Source: an uncultured Muribaculaceae bacterium (GTDB taxonomy: Bacteria; Cyanobacteriota; Vampirovibrionia; Gastranaerophilales; Gastranaerophilaceae). Taken from it: DNA of 64,000 nucleotides. Location: positions 33,546-97,545 of the forward strand of contig CAYMMX010000006.1 in assembly GCA_964391675.1 (NCBI GenBank), written 5' to 3'. Of this stretch, positions 47,429-57,415 are shown one piece after another; position 1 is the stretch's first letter, and each line of letters opens with the position of its first letter. Below the pieces are notes generated by a model that did not search any database, was not told the DNA's origin, and saw only the letters and a program-made list of their open reading frames with translations. Both the position numbers and the translations under genes were made by a program.

Positions 47429-47731
47429 TTAATTAATTTCACTTATTAAATATCTTGCAACCCATTCAAAGTCTTTATTTGTTTCAGCAGCTTGTTTAAG
47501 GTATTCAACAGAAGCGTTACCGATTCTAATTAGAGTCATTGCAACAACACCTCTTTTAACACCTTGCACTACTTGCAATTGATCTACTAATTCAGGAACA
47601 GCATGTTTTCCGATACTAACTAGTTTATTTTCAATTTCGTTTTTAGATATATTATCAGCATTTTCTAATTTTGATAAAAAGTACTGAATTGAATTTGTTG
47701 TATCTTCTACCTTATTAAGCACTGCTTGCAT
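47429..47731 (-). CDS. small HEAT-repeat-like protein
   Basis: 'GKHAVPELVDQLQVVQGVKRGVVAMTLIRIGNASVEYL' is HEAT/PBS-lyase-like. I prefer the ATG at 47731, which has AGGAG 10 nt upstream, over the TTG at 47788. Confidence 0.5.
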   Translation of the reverse strand: MQAVLNKVEDTTNSIQYFLSKLENADNISKNEIENKLVSIGKHAVPELVDQLQVVQGVKRGVVAMTLIRIGNASVEYLKQAAETNKDFEWVARYLISEIN

Positions 47732-48123
47732 TTTTTGATATCTCCTACTTGTCTTTTTAAATATTGGGGTATTTACTCCCATATTCAATCTTCTTTTACT
47801 AATTATTATTATATGGTAAAAAATAATTAAATATGGTTTTCCTTACATAATCTTAATATGCATATAAAGAAATAAAATATTTAAATTTCAAATTATATTT
47901 ATTTTTTAACTTCTTACTTAATATTAAATAAAACTACCCACTCATCTGATGGTGTTATAGTCTAAAAGGGGATTTTTTACCATATAAAAACATTTAAACT
48001 TATTTCAGAAAGAAGAAATAAATACAATGGCAGTAGTGTCTTTTTCAATAAAATTGAAATTATATAAACACAAACAGAAATGTATTTGTTTTGATAGTAC
48101 TCAATACATTGGGAGTGGTCGTT

Positions 48124-48432
48124 ATGTTAATGGAGAATTGCCAGGCGGACTGTAACAAATACGGTCACATGGAATTAAAAAATGTCAATAAAGACATCAT
48201 ATCATGGCTTGAAGACATAATTGAAGAAAACAATAGCAGAATAGAACGAAAAGAATGGAAAAGTAAATACAACAGCTATGTAGTATATGATTATGAACCG
48301 TTCTGTGCTGATGGTTTTGAGATTAATTTGCTTATAAGCTCATATGATTATTCCTATCTGAATTTCATTAAATATCTATATGAAGAAAAAATTAATACTA
48401 TTGAATATTTAAACAATTGTATAAGTGTTTAA
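48124..48432 (+). CDS. hypothetical 102-aa protein
   Basis: The ATG at 48124 has GGGAG upstream. No family recognised. A terminator follows. Confidence 0.45.
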   Translation: MLMENCQADCNKYGHMELKNVNKDIISWLEDIIEENNSRIERKEWKSKYNSYVVYDYEPFCADGFEINLLISSYDYSYLNFIKYLYEEKINTIEYLNNCISV

Positions 48433-48439
48433 TGAACCA

Positions 48440-48469
48440 AAAAGACTATTCAAAATGAATAGTCTTTTT
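48440..48469 (+). terminator. Rho-independent terminator
   Basis: AAAAGACTATTC-aaaat-GAATAGTCTTTT followed by T-rich sequence. Confidence 0.65.
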
Positions 48470-48658
48470 ATTTATAAAGGCATGACTAAAATTAATTTCA
48501 ATTATTTTTTATCAAAGAAATTTGTATTGTCAATAAATTTATTATTTAATTTTTACGTAAATTCATTAAATTTGCTTCATTAAGAATGTAAAAAAATATT
48601 TTTTTAAAGCCAGTAAAAGAATTTAGTCTATTGTAAAAATTATTTTAATTTTTGTTAC

Positions 48659-48687
48659 TTGTCAAGTAATTTACATAAAGTTAAAAT
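48659..48687 (+). promoter_or_regulatory. sigma-70-like promoter candidate
   Basis: TTGTCA, a 17-nt spacer, then TAAAAT. Such hexamers also arise by chance in AT-rich DNA. Confidence 0.3.
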
Positions 48688-48908
48688 TTAATAAGTAAAG
48701 AGAAGTAGGAAAAAAGAATTAGAATAAAAAAGGGGTGATGGTAAAGTACTTTACAAATCTTGGGGCAAATTAAAGCTGATGAATAAGGTGGAGAAAGTTA
48801 ATAAGTTTAAAATACTAAATTATCAATAAGATAAAAAGTTAAAATTAGATTTGAAAGTATAAATAAGAAATAGCTGTAGGCTAGTACTTTAGACATGGGG
48901 ATGTTGCA

Positions 48909-48950
48909 AAATAGCGAAAATTTTATCAGAAAATAAAATTTTCGCTATTT
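48909..48950 (+). terminator. 17-bp hairpin ending 25 nt upstream of the anmK start (terminator or attenuator candidate with a weak U-tract)
   Basis: AAATAGCGAAAATTTTA-(8 nt)-TAAAATTTTCGCTATTT, followed by ATGTATTTTA. Confidence 0.5.
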
Positions 48951-48975
48951 ATGTATTTTAATTTATAATTAACTT

Positions 48976-50100
48976 ATGAATAATTTAGAAACAAAAAAAA
49001 TAATATCACTTATGTCAGGTACATCATGTGATTCAATTGATGTAGGGCTATGCGAAGTAATGCCTGATTTTAGCTGCAAATTAATTGAAGGCATAAATTA
49101 TAAATATCCTGACTCAATTAGGAATAAGCTGTTTGAATTTTTTCAGCAAAATGCTACATTACAAGATATATGTCAAATGAATTTTGTCGTAGGAAAATGT
49201 TTTGCCAATGCAGCAACCGAACTAATTAAAAAGTATGGAAAACCTGATTTTATATCATCGCACGGGCAAACTATATTTCATTATCCGTTTGAAGATAAAC
49301 TGGATGATATAAAATTAAAAAGCACTTTACAAATAGGTGAATCCTCTGTTATTGCACAAGATACCGGATGCATGACCATATCAAACTTTAGAGAAGCAGA
49401 TATTGCACAAGGAGGACAAGGTGCACCATTAGTTTGTTTTGCTGATAATATCTGGTTTAAAGGTAAAAATGTTGCCATTCAAAATATAGGTGGGATTTCA
49501 AATGTTACGGTTATATCCGATAATTGTGAAACTTTTGGTTTTGATACAGGAGTAGGAAACATTATGATTGATTATTGCTGCCAGAAGTTTTTTAATATGC
49601 CTTATGACAAAGATGGAGAAATTGCCATTCAGGGAACCGTTTCAGAAAACTGGCTAAATTGCTTACTTGAAGATGAATACTATATTTATCCTCCGCCTAA
49701 AACAACCGGAAGAGAATATTTTTCAGCACAATATATTGAAAATGCTTTGAAATTAGCACCTGAAAATTCTAAAGATACTATTGCAACATTAACTGCACTA
49801 ACTGCAAAATCTATAGCAAATGCTTATGAAAGATTTATATATCCGCAGACAAAAATTGAAGAAATTATACTTGGCGGAGGCGGATCTTACAACAAAACCC
49901 TAATTAATTTTTTAAGAACCTATTTACCTAAACATGTACAAATAAAGACACATGAAGATTATGAAATATCCAATAATTTTAAAGAAGTCATGGCTTTTGC
50001 TTTACTTGGATATTGCACATTCTACGGAATTCCAAATAACCTCCCGTCTTGTACCGGTGCAAATAAAAAAATTGTATTAGGCAAAATAACACCTGCTTAA
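48976..50100 (+). CDS. anmK: anhydro-N-acetylmuramic acid kinase
   Basis: 'ISLMSGTSCDSIDVGL', 'SHGQTIFH' and 'QNIGGISN'. Confidence 0.9.
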   Translation: MNNLETKKIISLMSGTSCDSIDVGLCEVMPDFSCKLIEGINYKYPDSIRNKLFEFFQQNATLQDICQMNFVVGKCFANAATELIKKYGKPDFISSHGQTIFHYPFEDKLDDIKLKSTLQIGESSVIAQDTGCMTISNFREADIAQGGQGAPLVCFADNIWFKGKNVAIQNIGGISNVTVISDNCETFGFDTGVGNIMIDYCCQKFFNMPYDKDGEIAIQGTVSENWLNCLLEDEYYIYPPPKTTGREYFSAQYIENALKLAPENSKDTIATLTALTAKSIANAYERFIYPQTKIEEIILGGGGSYNKTLINFLRTYLPKHVQIKTHEDYEISNNFKEVMAFALLGYCTFYGIPNNLPSCTGANKKIVLGKITPA

Positions 50101-50474
50101 ATTTATGTTTTAGTGATTATTTTTATAATATTAGCCTAGATTCCCATGCCCACATGGTTGCAATAGTTTTTAACGAAAATTTACCAAAAATAATGTAAAA
50201 TTTTTGGCATGGAATGAAGTCCATAAAATCCCCATCAAATAAGAATATCAACTTTTTTATAAAATTAATTGTAAAAAATACGGTTAATTTTTGCTTTTTC
50301 ATGCCCGTTTGTTCTATCATAATAAATACAAAGTTTTACCAGATTGTAATTATAATTAGGTAAATAACTTGGGCGGAGTTTATAAAAGTACTTCACTTAA
50401 CCGAGGCGGGGCGTATCAAACATAATTTATAATGTTATTGTACGTATTTAGTTTTATCTTTGGAGGAATAAAAG

Positions 50475-51008
50475 TTGTTAGAGCATGGATATATTCAAAT
50501 ATACACCGGAGATGGAAAAGGGAAAACTACAGCCTCTTTAGGACTTGCTTTAAGAGCATTGGGACATGGTTGGAACGTCTTAATTATTCAATTCACAAAA
50601 GGAGATTCTGCTACTTCGTATGGAGAAATTGTTTCTGCTTCAAAATTTTTACCAAATTTGGATGTAAAACAATTTGGAATGGACAGAGTCGTTTATTCTC
50701 ATAATATATGCATGGATGATTTTAAAGAAGCCAAAAAAGGTTGGGAATATGCAAAACAAGCTATTCAAAGCGGTAAATATCAGCTTGTAATTTTAGATGA
50801 AATAAATATTTGTATTGCAATGAATATGATTAAAGCATCAGAAGTTAAAGACGTATTAATAAACAAGCCTGAAAGCTTGGAAATAGTATTAACAGGAAGA
50901 TATGCTCATCCTGAACTTAAAGCTTTGGCGCATTTGGTAACAGAAATGAAACCAATAAAACATTACTTTGATGTAGGAGTAATGGCAAGGCAAGGTATTG
51001 AGTACTAA
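50475..51008 (+). CDS. cobO: cob(I)yrinic acid a,c-diamide adenosyltransferase (CobO/BtuR type), TTG start
   Basis: 'IQIYTGDGKGKTTASLGLALRALGHG' and 'LDEINI'. GGAGGA lies 7 nt upstream of the TTG. Confidence 0.88.
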   Translation: MLEHGYIQIYTGDGKGKTTASLGLALRALGHGWNVLIIQFTKGDSATSYGEIVSASKFLPNLDVKQFGMDRVVYSHNICMDDFKEAKKGWEYAKQAIQSGKYQLVILDEINICIAMNMIKASEVKDVLINKPESLEIVLTGRYAHPELKALAHLVTEMKPIKHYFDVGVMARQGIEY

Positions 51009-51040
51009 ATTAGTTGGGAGAATTTGAGAGAGATAGTTGT

Positions 51041-51079
51041 AAAGACTGTAAGCAAAATGTTTACAGTCTTTTTATTTTT
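51041..51079 (+). terminator. Rho-independent terminator after cobO
   Basis: AAAGACTGTAA-(loop)-TTACAGTCTTT followed by TTATTTTT. Confidence 0.7.
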
Positions 51080-51248
51080 CTAATCTTAAAAGATTAGAAA
51101 AATAACGTTTTTCCACTATATAGCTGATGGTCTAAACCACTAATATTCATCATTAGATTGATGTTTTAAATTGTAGAATTTGGCAAAATATATTTAAAGA
51201 AAGAGATAGCAAGCTTTTCTGCAGTCAGGAATTAATTAAAGGTTATTT

Positions 51249-51413
51249 ATGAATATAAATGAAGAATGTCTTTTAAAATATTTAAAAAGCCCCGATGAAT
51301 TATCTTATTATACGGATGTTTTAAAAATAAATAACCAAATACTGGAACAACATTTTATACTGGAAAATATTCTTACCAAAAATTTTAATTTAAGCTATAA
51401 TGATAAAAGATAA
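51249..51413 (+). CDS. candidate 54-aa small ORF (below the ORF-track cutoff)
   Basis: AAAGG lies 7 nt upstream. Translation is MNINEECLLKYLKSPDELSYYTDVLKINNQILEQHFILENILTKNFNLSYNDKR. No other support. Confidence 0.25.
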   Translation: MNINEECLLKYLKSPDELSYYTDVLKINNQILEQHFILENILTKNFNLSYNDKR

Positions 51414-51437
51414 TAATTAATAGTATGTTGAGGCATT

Positions 51438-53243
51438 ATGAAAATTTTTGGGAATAAAATTGTAAAAGCCGTAATTGGTTATATTTTATTATTCATTGTT
51501 TTGGTTGCATGTGTTTTCTTATTTTTTAAGAACGCAAAAATAAATCTGTTTTTAGAATCAATTGAGAATAAAACCTTCGATTTGCGTCAAAACGTATTAG
51601 CAAACTCAAAATATAAAAAACCTAGTAATGATATAGTAATTCTTGTTATCGATGATTCCAGCTACGAATATTTACTTAAAAAATATGGCGAATGGCCTAT
51701 TCCAAGAGATATTTATGCTGATTTAATATATTATTTGGAAAAACAAAATCCAAAAGCAATTGCCTTTGACTTAATGTTTGTAAAATCATTAAAAAGCAAA
51801 ACTCAAGCAGATGAAGCCCTTGTAAATGCAATTAAAAAATATGACAATGTCTATACCTCTATGAATTTTGATAATGCTTCATTTGATCTTAGGCAACCTG
51901 CCAAACTGCCCAAATATTTAACCGTAAATATAAATAACAAATCGAATATAAATTTTTCTGATGATTTAACTTTCACTAATTGTCGTACAATTTTACCCCA
52001 AATAATAAACGGAACAAAAAATATAGGATTAATAAATGTTTCGAGAGAGGAAGATGGAATCTTAAGGAAAATACCTCCTTTTATGGTATATCAAAATAAT
52101 TTTTATCCTCACTTAGCCTTATTGGTAGGATTAAAATCATTATATAAAAATGGAGATATAAGAGATTTTTATATTGATAAAAATTCAAATTTAATTTTAA
52201 AAAACAGGATTATACCTATTGATAAAAACGGAGGTGCAATTCTAAACTGGTATGGTCCAGCAGGACAAACTTTTAAACAAGTACCTTTATATAAAGTTAT
52301 AAAAGCCATAAATGAAAAATCAAATACGCCTGTATATAACTTTAAAGATAAAATTGTATACGTAGGAACAACAGCAATAAGCCTATATGATACAAAAAGC
52401 GTTCCTGTTGATAAATTATATCCGGGAGTAGAAGTTCATGCAACATATATAAATAATTTAATAGACAATAATTTTATAAGAAGAGTTAATATTATAGTTG
52501 ATGTAATTATAAGTATTTTATTAGCTATATCCGTAGGATACATTGTATATAAAAACACCTCTGTTTTTGTAGCTTTAGGTTCCACAATATTAATATCACT
52601 GGGATATATTATTTTAAGTTACTTTTTAATGAAATTTCTTAATTTATGGATAGGCATCGTAATGCCTATATCTTCTGTAGCTTTAATCTTTGTTGCTGCA
52701 TATATAATTAAATATATTCTTAAATCAAGAGATTTTGAATATCAGTATAAATTAGCAACAACTGACGGATTAACTGAGCTTTATAATCATAGATATTTTC
52801 AAGAACAAATGCTTTTACAAGTTGAGAACTGCAAAAGATATAATTCAAATTTTTCACTTATACTAATAGATATTGACTTTTTTAAAAAATTTAATGATAC
52901 ATATGGTCATCAATCGGGAGATGCAGTTTTAAAACAAGTTGCGCAAAAACTTAAAAAAAATGTACGTGCAACAGATTTTGTATGTAGATACGGTGGTGAA
53001 GAAATGTCCATTATACTACCAAATACAGATAAAGATGAAGCGGTTATTACAGCGGAAAAAATTTGTCAACTAATAGCTGAAAAACCTTTTAAACTTGCGA
53101 ATAATCAAGAAAGTAAAGTAACAATAAGTGTTGGCGTGTCTACTTATCCTCAAAATGGGGATAATCCTGCAAAACTTATAGAATATGCAGATCAATGCTT
53201 ATATGTAGCAAAAGAAAATGGAAGAAATCAAGTCAGATATTAA
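51438..53243 (+). CDS. CHASE2-sensor diguanylate cyclase (GGDEF)
   Basis: An N-terminal TM, a ~330-aa extracytoplasmic domain, then three TMs. The GGDEF domain carries 'DGLTELYNHRYF', 'DIDFFKKFNDTYGHQSGD' and 'RYGGEEM'. Confidence 0.85.
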   Translation: MKIFGNKIVKAVIGYILLFIVLVACVFLFFKNAKINLFLESIENKTFDLRQNVLANSKYKKPSNDIVILVIDDSSYEYLLKKYGEWPIPRDIYADLIYYLEKQNPKAIAFDLMFVKSLKSKTQADEALVNAIKKYDNVYTSMNFDNASFDLRQPAKLPKYLTVNINNKSNINFSDDLTFTNCRTILPQIINGTKNIGLINVSREEDGILRKIPPFMVYQNNFYPHLALLVGLKSLYKNGDIRDFYIDKNSNLILKNRIIPIDKNGGAILNWYGPAGQTFKQVPLYKVIKAINEKSNTPVYNFKDKIVYVGTTAISLYDTKSVPVDKLYPGVEVHATYINNLIDNNFIRRVNIIVDVIISILLAISVGYIVYKNTSVFVALGSTILISLGYIILSYFLMKFLNLWIGIVMPISSVALIFVAAYIIKYILKSRDFEYQYKLATTDGLTELYNHRYFQEQMLLQVENCKRYNSNFSLILIDIDFFKKFNDTYGHQSGDAVLKQVAQKLKKNVRATDFVCRYGGEEMSIILPNTDKDEAVITAEKICQLIAEKPFKLANNQESKVTISVGVSTYPQNGDNPAKLIEYADQCLYVAKENGRNQVRY

Positions 53244-54714
53244 AAATAAAATAATGGTTGTTCATCCTCCCGGAAGACTTTTTCAAAGAGGAGAAGATCG
53301 ATGTCAGGTTAATCTTGAAGCGTCAGTAGCACAATCCCTTAGAGCCTGTAATGATTTAGGCTATGCTGCATCTGCACTTCTGAAGGAAAACTATGAAGTA
53401 AAGCTTAGAGACTATCAGGGAGAATCTGCAAGTGAAAATGACTTCTTTAATGACTTGGAAATTTTTAATCCTGATATGCTAGTAATGAGTATAACTGATA
53501 CTACTATCTTTCAAGATCTTGAATTGATTGAACGTATTAAAAAACATTATAACCCGATTATAGTCTTAAAAGGAGTTATATTTTGGGATTATAATCAAGA
53601 CTTTATTAATGAGCTAAACTTAGACAAAGTTGATTATTTAATAGGAGCAGAACTTGAATTTTCTATTTCAAAATTAGCCGACTTTGCCTTAAAATCATCC
53701 GGCGATATAAAAGAAATTGCTAACCTGTTTTACAAAAACAAAGAAGGAAAGTTTATACCAACTAAATTTGGGCAGTGGGAACACGACCTAGATAAAATTA
53801 TTTTCCCTGCCAGAGATTTAATGAATAATGATTTATACACAAGACCCGATACAGGGGAAGCCATGGCAACAATACAAACATCAAGAGGATGTCCGTGCAG
53901 TTGTATTTTTTGTCTTGTTGGTTCAGTTTCAGGTAAAAAGGTTCGTTTCAGAAGCCCTGAGAATGTTTTTGATGAAATAGTTGAATGTTATAAAAAATAT
54001 AATATTAAAAATTTCTTTTTTAGATCAGATTGTTTTACAATAGATGAAAATTGGACAAGAGAGTTGTGCAAACTTATAATTAATTCTGATTTGTGGAAAA
54101 AAATTGAATTTACCGCAAATTCCAGAGTAAATCCATTAAAAAAAGAAACTTTAGAAATAATGAAAAAAGCCGGTTGTTTTTTAGTTGCTTTTGGATGCGA
54201 ATCAGGCTCGGAAGATACTATGAAAAGAATTAAAAAAGGTGCTACTGTTCAAGACAATCTTCAGGCAATAAAATGGACAAAAGAACTCGGGCTGGAATCT
54301 TTTGGAATGTTTGTAATAGGATTTCCCTGGGAGACTAAAAAACACTTTCGAGAAACAAAAAAATTCATTAATGAAGCCAATCCTGATTTTGTTGAAATAA
54401 ATTTGGCTATACCTTTTAGAGGAACAAACTTATACGATTTATGTATTGAAAACTTTAAAAATAACAATTTATTCGGTACAGATTTTTATAATCCTAAAAT
54501 ATCTATAAATCCCAATTTTACCATTAACGAACTTATAAATATTAGAAGAAATATTTTACTGACCTATTATCTGAAACCAAGTTATATTTTAAATAAAATA
54601 TTTAAAACAATATCAAATAGAAAATATAAAGTTTTAAAAAATTATATTTTCTATGGAGTTAGCATGATTAAGAGACTTGTTTTTAAATCGTTTTTAAAAA
54701 AGAGTAAGAATTAA
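53218..54714 (+). CDS. B12-binding-domain radical SAM protein (class B-like)
   Basis: An N-terminal Rossmann-like B12-binding region is followed by the core 'TSRGCPCSCIFC' (CxxxCxxC). It overlaps the GGDEF gene by 26 nt. Confidence 0.78.
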   Translation: MEEIKSDIKNKIMVVHPPGRLFQRGEDRCQVNLEASVAQSLRACNDLGYAASALLKENYEVKLRDYQGESASENDFFNDLEIFNPDMLVMSITDTTIFQDLELIERIKKHYNPIIVLKGVIFWDYNQDFINELNLDKVDYLIGAELEFSISKLADFALKSSGDIKEIANLFYKNKEGKFIPTKFGQWEHDLDKIIFPARDLMNNDLYTRPDTGEAMATIQTSRGCPCSCIFCLVGSVSGKKVRFRSPENVFDEIVECYKKYNIKNFFFRSDCFTIDENWTRELCKLIINSDLWKKIEFTANSRVNPLKKETLEIMKKAGCFLVAFGCESGSEDTMKRIKKGATVQDNLQAIKWTKELGLESFGMFVIGFPWETKKHFRETKKFINEANPDFVEINLAIPFRGTNLYDLCIENFKNNNLFGTDFYNPKISINPNFTINELINIRRNILLTYYLKPSYILNKIFKTISNRKYKVLKNYIFYGVSMIKRLVFKSFLKKSKN

Positions 54715-54753
54715 TTCTTACTCTTTTTAATTATGTATTAAGTTATCACTATA

Positions 54754-56232
54754 TTACTTAAGTTTTTGTATTCCAATTAATTTTTGTTTAACAACTTGAG
54801 CACCTTCAACCATTACAAGCAAGGTATTAACAATTTCTTTTACACTGGAAGATTGACTTGATAGCTCACGTGAAGCAGAGGCACTTTGCTCTGCAGCTGA
54901 AGCGTTTGTTTGAAGCACTTGCTCCATTTGCTGAATTGCTTTATTAATCTGCTCAATTCCTTGAGCTTGTTCTTGACTGGCTACAGAAATTTCGTTTAAT
55001 AATTCACTTACTTTTTGTGCTTCGGCATCAATTTGCATAATATTTTCATTAACATTATGCGTAATCTGTACGCTTTGCTTTGATAAAGTAATATTACTTT
55101 CAATAATTTTTGCAGTATCTCTTGTAGCTTGAGCAGATTTTTGTGCCAAATTTCTTACTTCTTCTGCAACAACAGCAAATCCTTTTCCTGCATCTCCGGC
55201 ACGTGCAGCCTCTACAGCAGCATTTAACGCAAGAATATTGGTTTGAAAAGCAATTTCGTCAATGACTTTAATAATTTTTGCGATTTCATCACTTGATTTT
55301 TTCAGTTCGTCCATTGACTGCATCATCTTTTTCATTTCGGTTGCACTGCTGTCTGCAAAGTTTTTTGTATTTTTAGCCAGTATTGCTGCTTGTTTTGTAT
55401 TATCAGCATTTTGCTTAACCATAGAATCTGATTCTTCAATTGAAGCTGAAGTTTCTTGAATTGCAGCAGCTTGTTGGGAAGTTCCTGAGGCAAGTTTTTC
55501 ACTTGCAACTGATAATTGTTCAGAAGCAGAAGCAACTTGATTAGCACCTTCTTCAAGCTCTTCAACTGCTTGAGTTATAGGTGCGGCAATCATTTTAGTT
55601 ATCATTAAACCTAAAACGACTATAAGAGCAAACGAAGATAAGATTGTAGTAACAAGTATAAAATTAGCGATCTTTGCATCTAAAATATTTTTTTGATTAA
55701 TTTCTTCTGCAATTTTTATATTTATATCAATTAAAGACTGTAAGCATTTTTCATAATTTGTAAAAACAGTTTTTGTTTCTCTTCTATATATATCTAAGCC
55801 TACTTTAGTTTTTCCAGAAAATGCCATTTTTGCAACTTTTTCTCGTGATGCAACATAATCATCTCTGTATTTTTTCATTTTTGGAAGAACTTCTTGCTCT
55901 TCTTTTACTAAGAATGTAGATTCATATGCTTTTAAAAAACCATTATTTTCTTTGCCTCGCTTTTTTAAATCATTATAATAATCCTGTTTTTTTGCATATG
56001 TATCAGAAAGCAACATCGCTAAAAGATCTGCATTGCTTACATTTGAGTTTATACTCATTGCACTTAAGTCTCTTATTGGGATTACTCTGTCATTATACAA
56101 AGTTTTTACATCTTTATTTGCTTTGTTGGTATAAAATAGTCCAAAACTCCCAACCACTAAAACAAAAATTAAAGAAACACAAACCAAAAATAATAGTTTG
56201 TTTGAAATCTTTAAATTTTTAATCCATTCCAT
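54754..56232 (-). CDS. methyl-accepting chemotaxis protein
   Basis: Two TMs flank a four-helix-bundle-type sensor. The signalling hairpin is conserved: '[42 protein letters not shown]'. Confidence 0.92.
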   Translation of the reverse strand: MEWIKNLKISNKLLFLVCVSLIFVLVVGSFGLFYTNKANKDVKTLYNDRVIPIRDLSAMSINSNVSNADLLAMLLSDTYAKKQDYYNDLKKRGKENNGFLKAYESTFLVKEEQEVLPKMKKYRDDYVASREKVAKMAFSGKTKVGLDIYRRETKTVFTNYEKCLQSLIDINIKIAEEINQKNILDAKIANFILVTTILSSFALIVVLGLMITKMIAAPITQAVEELEEGANQVASASEQLSVASEKLASGTSQQAAAIQETSASIEESDSMVKQNADNTKQAAILAKNTKNFADSSATEMKKMMQSMDELKKSSDEIAKIIKVIDEIAFQTNILALNAAVEAARAGDAGKGFAVVAEEVRNLAQKSAQATRDTAKIIESNITLSKQSVQITHNVNENIMQIDAEAQKVSELLNEISVASQEQAQGIEQINKAIQQMEQVLQTNASAAEQSASASRELSSQSSSVKEIVNTLLVMVEGAQVVKQKLIGIQKLK

Positions 56233-56261
56233 ATTGATACTCCTTTACTATAACTAATCTA

Positions 56262-56765
56262 TTATTCTTCAATTTTACTGTTTTGCATTAATTTGAGCAT
56301 TTCTTGAGAATTAATAATAGAATCTATATCCAATAGCATTACAACTTTATCCTTAACTTTACCGATACCAGTTAAAAATCCTGTTTCATCCTCTTGGCCA
56401 TACTGAGGAGGCAGTTCAATATCTTTACTGTATACGTTTACAACTTCAGCAACTTTATCGACAACAATACCAATAAATTTTTTATTACCTTCTACCTGAA
56501 TTTCAACAATTATTATACAAGTTAATTGATCATATTCTCTTTCTTCCATCGAAAACTTTAATCTTAAATCCATAACAGGAATAATTTTTCCTCTTAAGTT
56601 TATTATACCTTTCATATAACTTGGTGTTTTAGGTATAGGTGTAATTCCCATAACTCCTATAATTTCATTTACGTGTAAAATAGGAATACCATAATTTTCA
56701 TCATTTAAATAAAACATTAAATATTTTTTTTCATCTTGACTAACTGCTTCTTTAATTCCATCCAT
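56262..56765 (-). CDS. cheW: chemotaxis coupling protein CheW
   Basis: 'YLMFYLNDENYGIPILHVNEIIG' and 'GIINLRGKIIPVMDLR'. The ATG at 56765 has AAAGGAG 8 nt upstream. The ORF-track extension is hydrophobic and has no SD. Confidence 0.88.
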   Translation of the reverse strand: MDGIKEAVSQDEKKYLMFYLNDENYGIPILHVNEIIGVMGITPIPKTPSYMKGIINLRGKIIPVMDLRLKFSMEEREYDQLTCIIIVEIQVEGNKKFIGIVVDKVAEVVNVYSKDIELPPQYGQEDETGFLTGIGKVKDKVVMLLDIDSIINSQEMLKLMQNSKIEE

Positions 56766-56906
56766 GTATAAAGCTCCTTTCACAAAGTAAATCAGGCATA
56801 TAATAGCTAAATATATTAAAACCAAAAATACTTACACTAATTCAACACTTAAGATTCCATATCTTATCTAAAATATATTGTATATCATATTTTACCTAAA
56901 ATCAAC

Positions 56907-56947
56907 AAAAAAATATGATTTTTATACAAAAAATCATATTTTTTTTT
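56907..56947. terminator. AT-rich 17-bp hairpin between the 124-aa gene and cheW
   Basis: AAAAAAATATGATTTTT-atac-AAAAATCATATTTTTTT. Confidence 0.5.
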
Positions 56948-57003
56948 GCGTTTTTTATGTTTTTTTTTAAAAAAATCATAAAATTTTTAAAATATTTTGA
57001 TAA

Positions 57004-57378
57004 TTAAGCTAACTGAAAATTATCTGACAAAGAAAGTTTAACTTTACCTGCTTCAGGATTCATCAATTCAATAATAATTTGATTAATCCCTTCTTTTAGA
57101 CATTTGGCACCTTGTAAAATTAAAGTTCCTTCCTGACCTAATCTAAAACCAATCGGATTATCTTCACTAACAGTTTCCGCAGAAATTTCTGTTCCTTGTG
57201 TAACGAATTTTACCTTTTCAGCTTCAAAAGTAAACTCATTGATTTTTACAAAATTGAAGCCGCTAATAAATCCGGGGCCTAAGACATTTTTTAATTCAAA
57301 ACAAACACCTTCATCTGTTTGTTTTAGAGAGCCTTTTTTGTAAACGCGCTTAATTAAAAACTCGGGTATGATACTCAT
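57004..57378 (-). CDS. hypothetical 124-aa protein downstream of the GH35 gene
   Basis: The ATG at 57378 has AAAGGAG 7 nt upstream. The sequence looks beta-rich. No family recognised. Confidence 0.55.
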   Translation of the reverse strand: MSIIPEFLIKRVYKKGSLKQTDEGVCFELKNVLGPGFISGFNFVKINEFTFEAEKVKFVTQGTEISAETVSEDNPIGFRLGQEGTLILQGAKCLKEGINQIIIELMNPEAGKVKLSLSDNFQLA

Positions 57379-57415
57379 GACCTTGCTCCTTTTGGGGTAA
57401 TAATATGGACTAAAA

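Noticed and set aside
48733-48830. Mini-ORFs in the anmK upstream region (MVKYFTNLGAN; MNKVEKVNKFKILNYQ)
   Set aside because: The first has its G-rich SD only about 2 nt from the ATG. The second has no SD. Both are too short to evaluate.
50321-50474. Cobalamin riboswitch upstream of cobO (the GC-rich patch CTTGGGCGGAG...CCGAGGCGGGGCG stands out)
   Set aside because: There is no B12-box-like consensus (GCCACTG-type) and the two G-rich segments are not complementary to each other. I could not derive a convincing fold.
50123-50704. ORF-track entries 50123-50320 (minus) and 50432-50704 (plus)
   Set aside because: The first has no SD or motif and lies in an intergenic region. The second is an out-of-frame overlap of cobO, whose own frame has the P-loop signature and a GGAGGA-TTG start.
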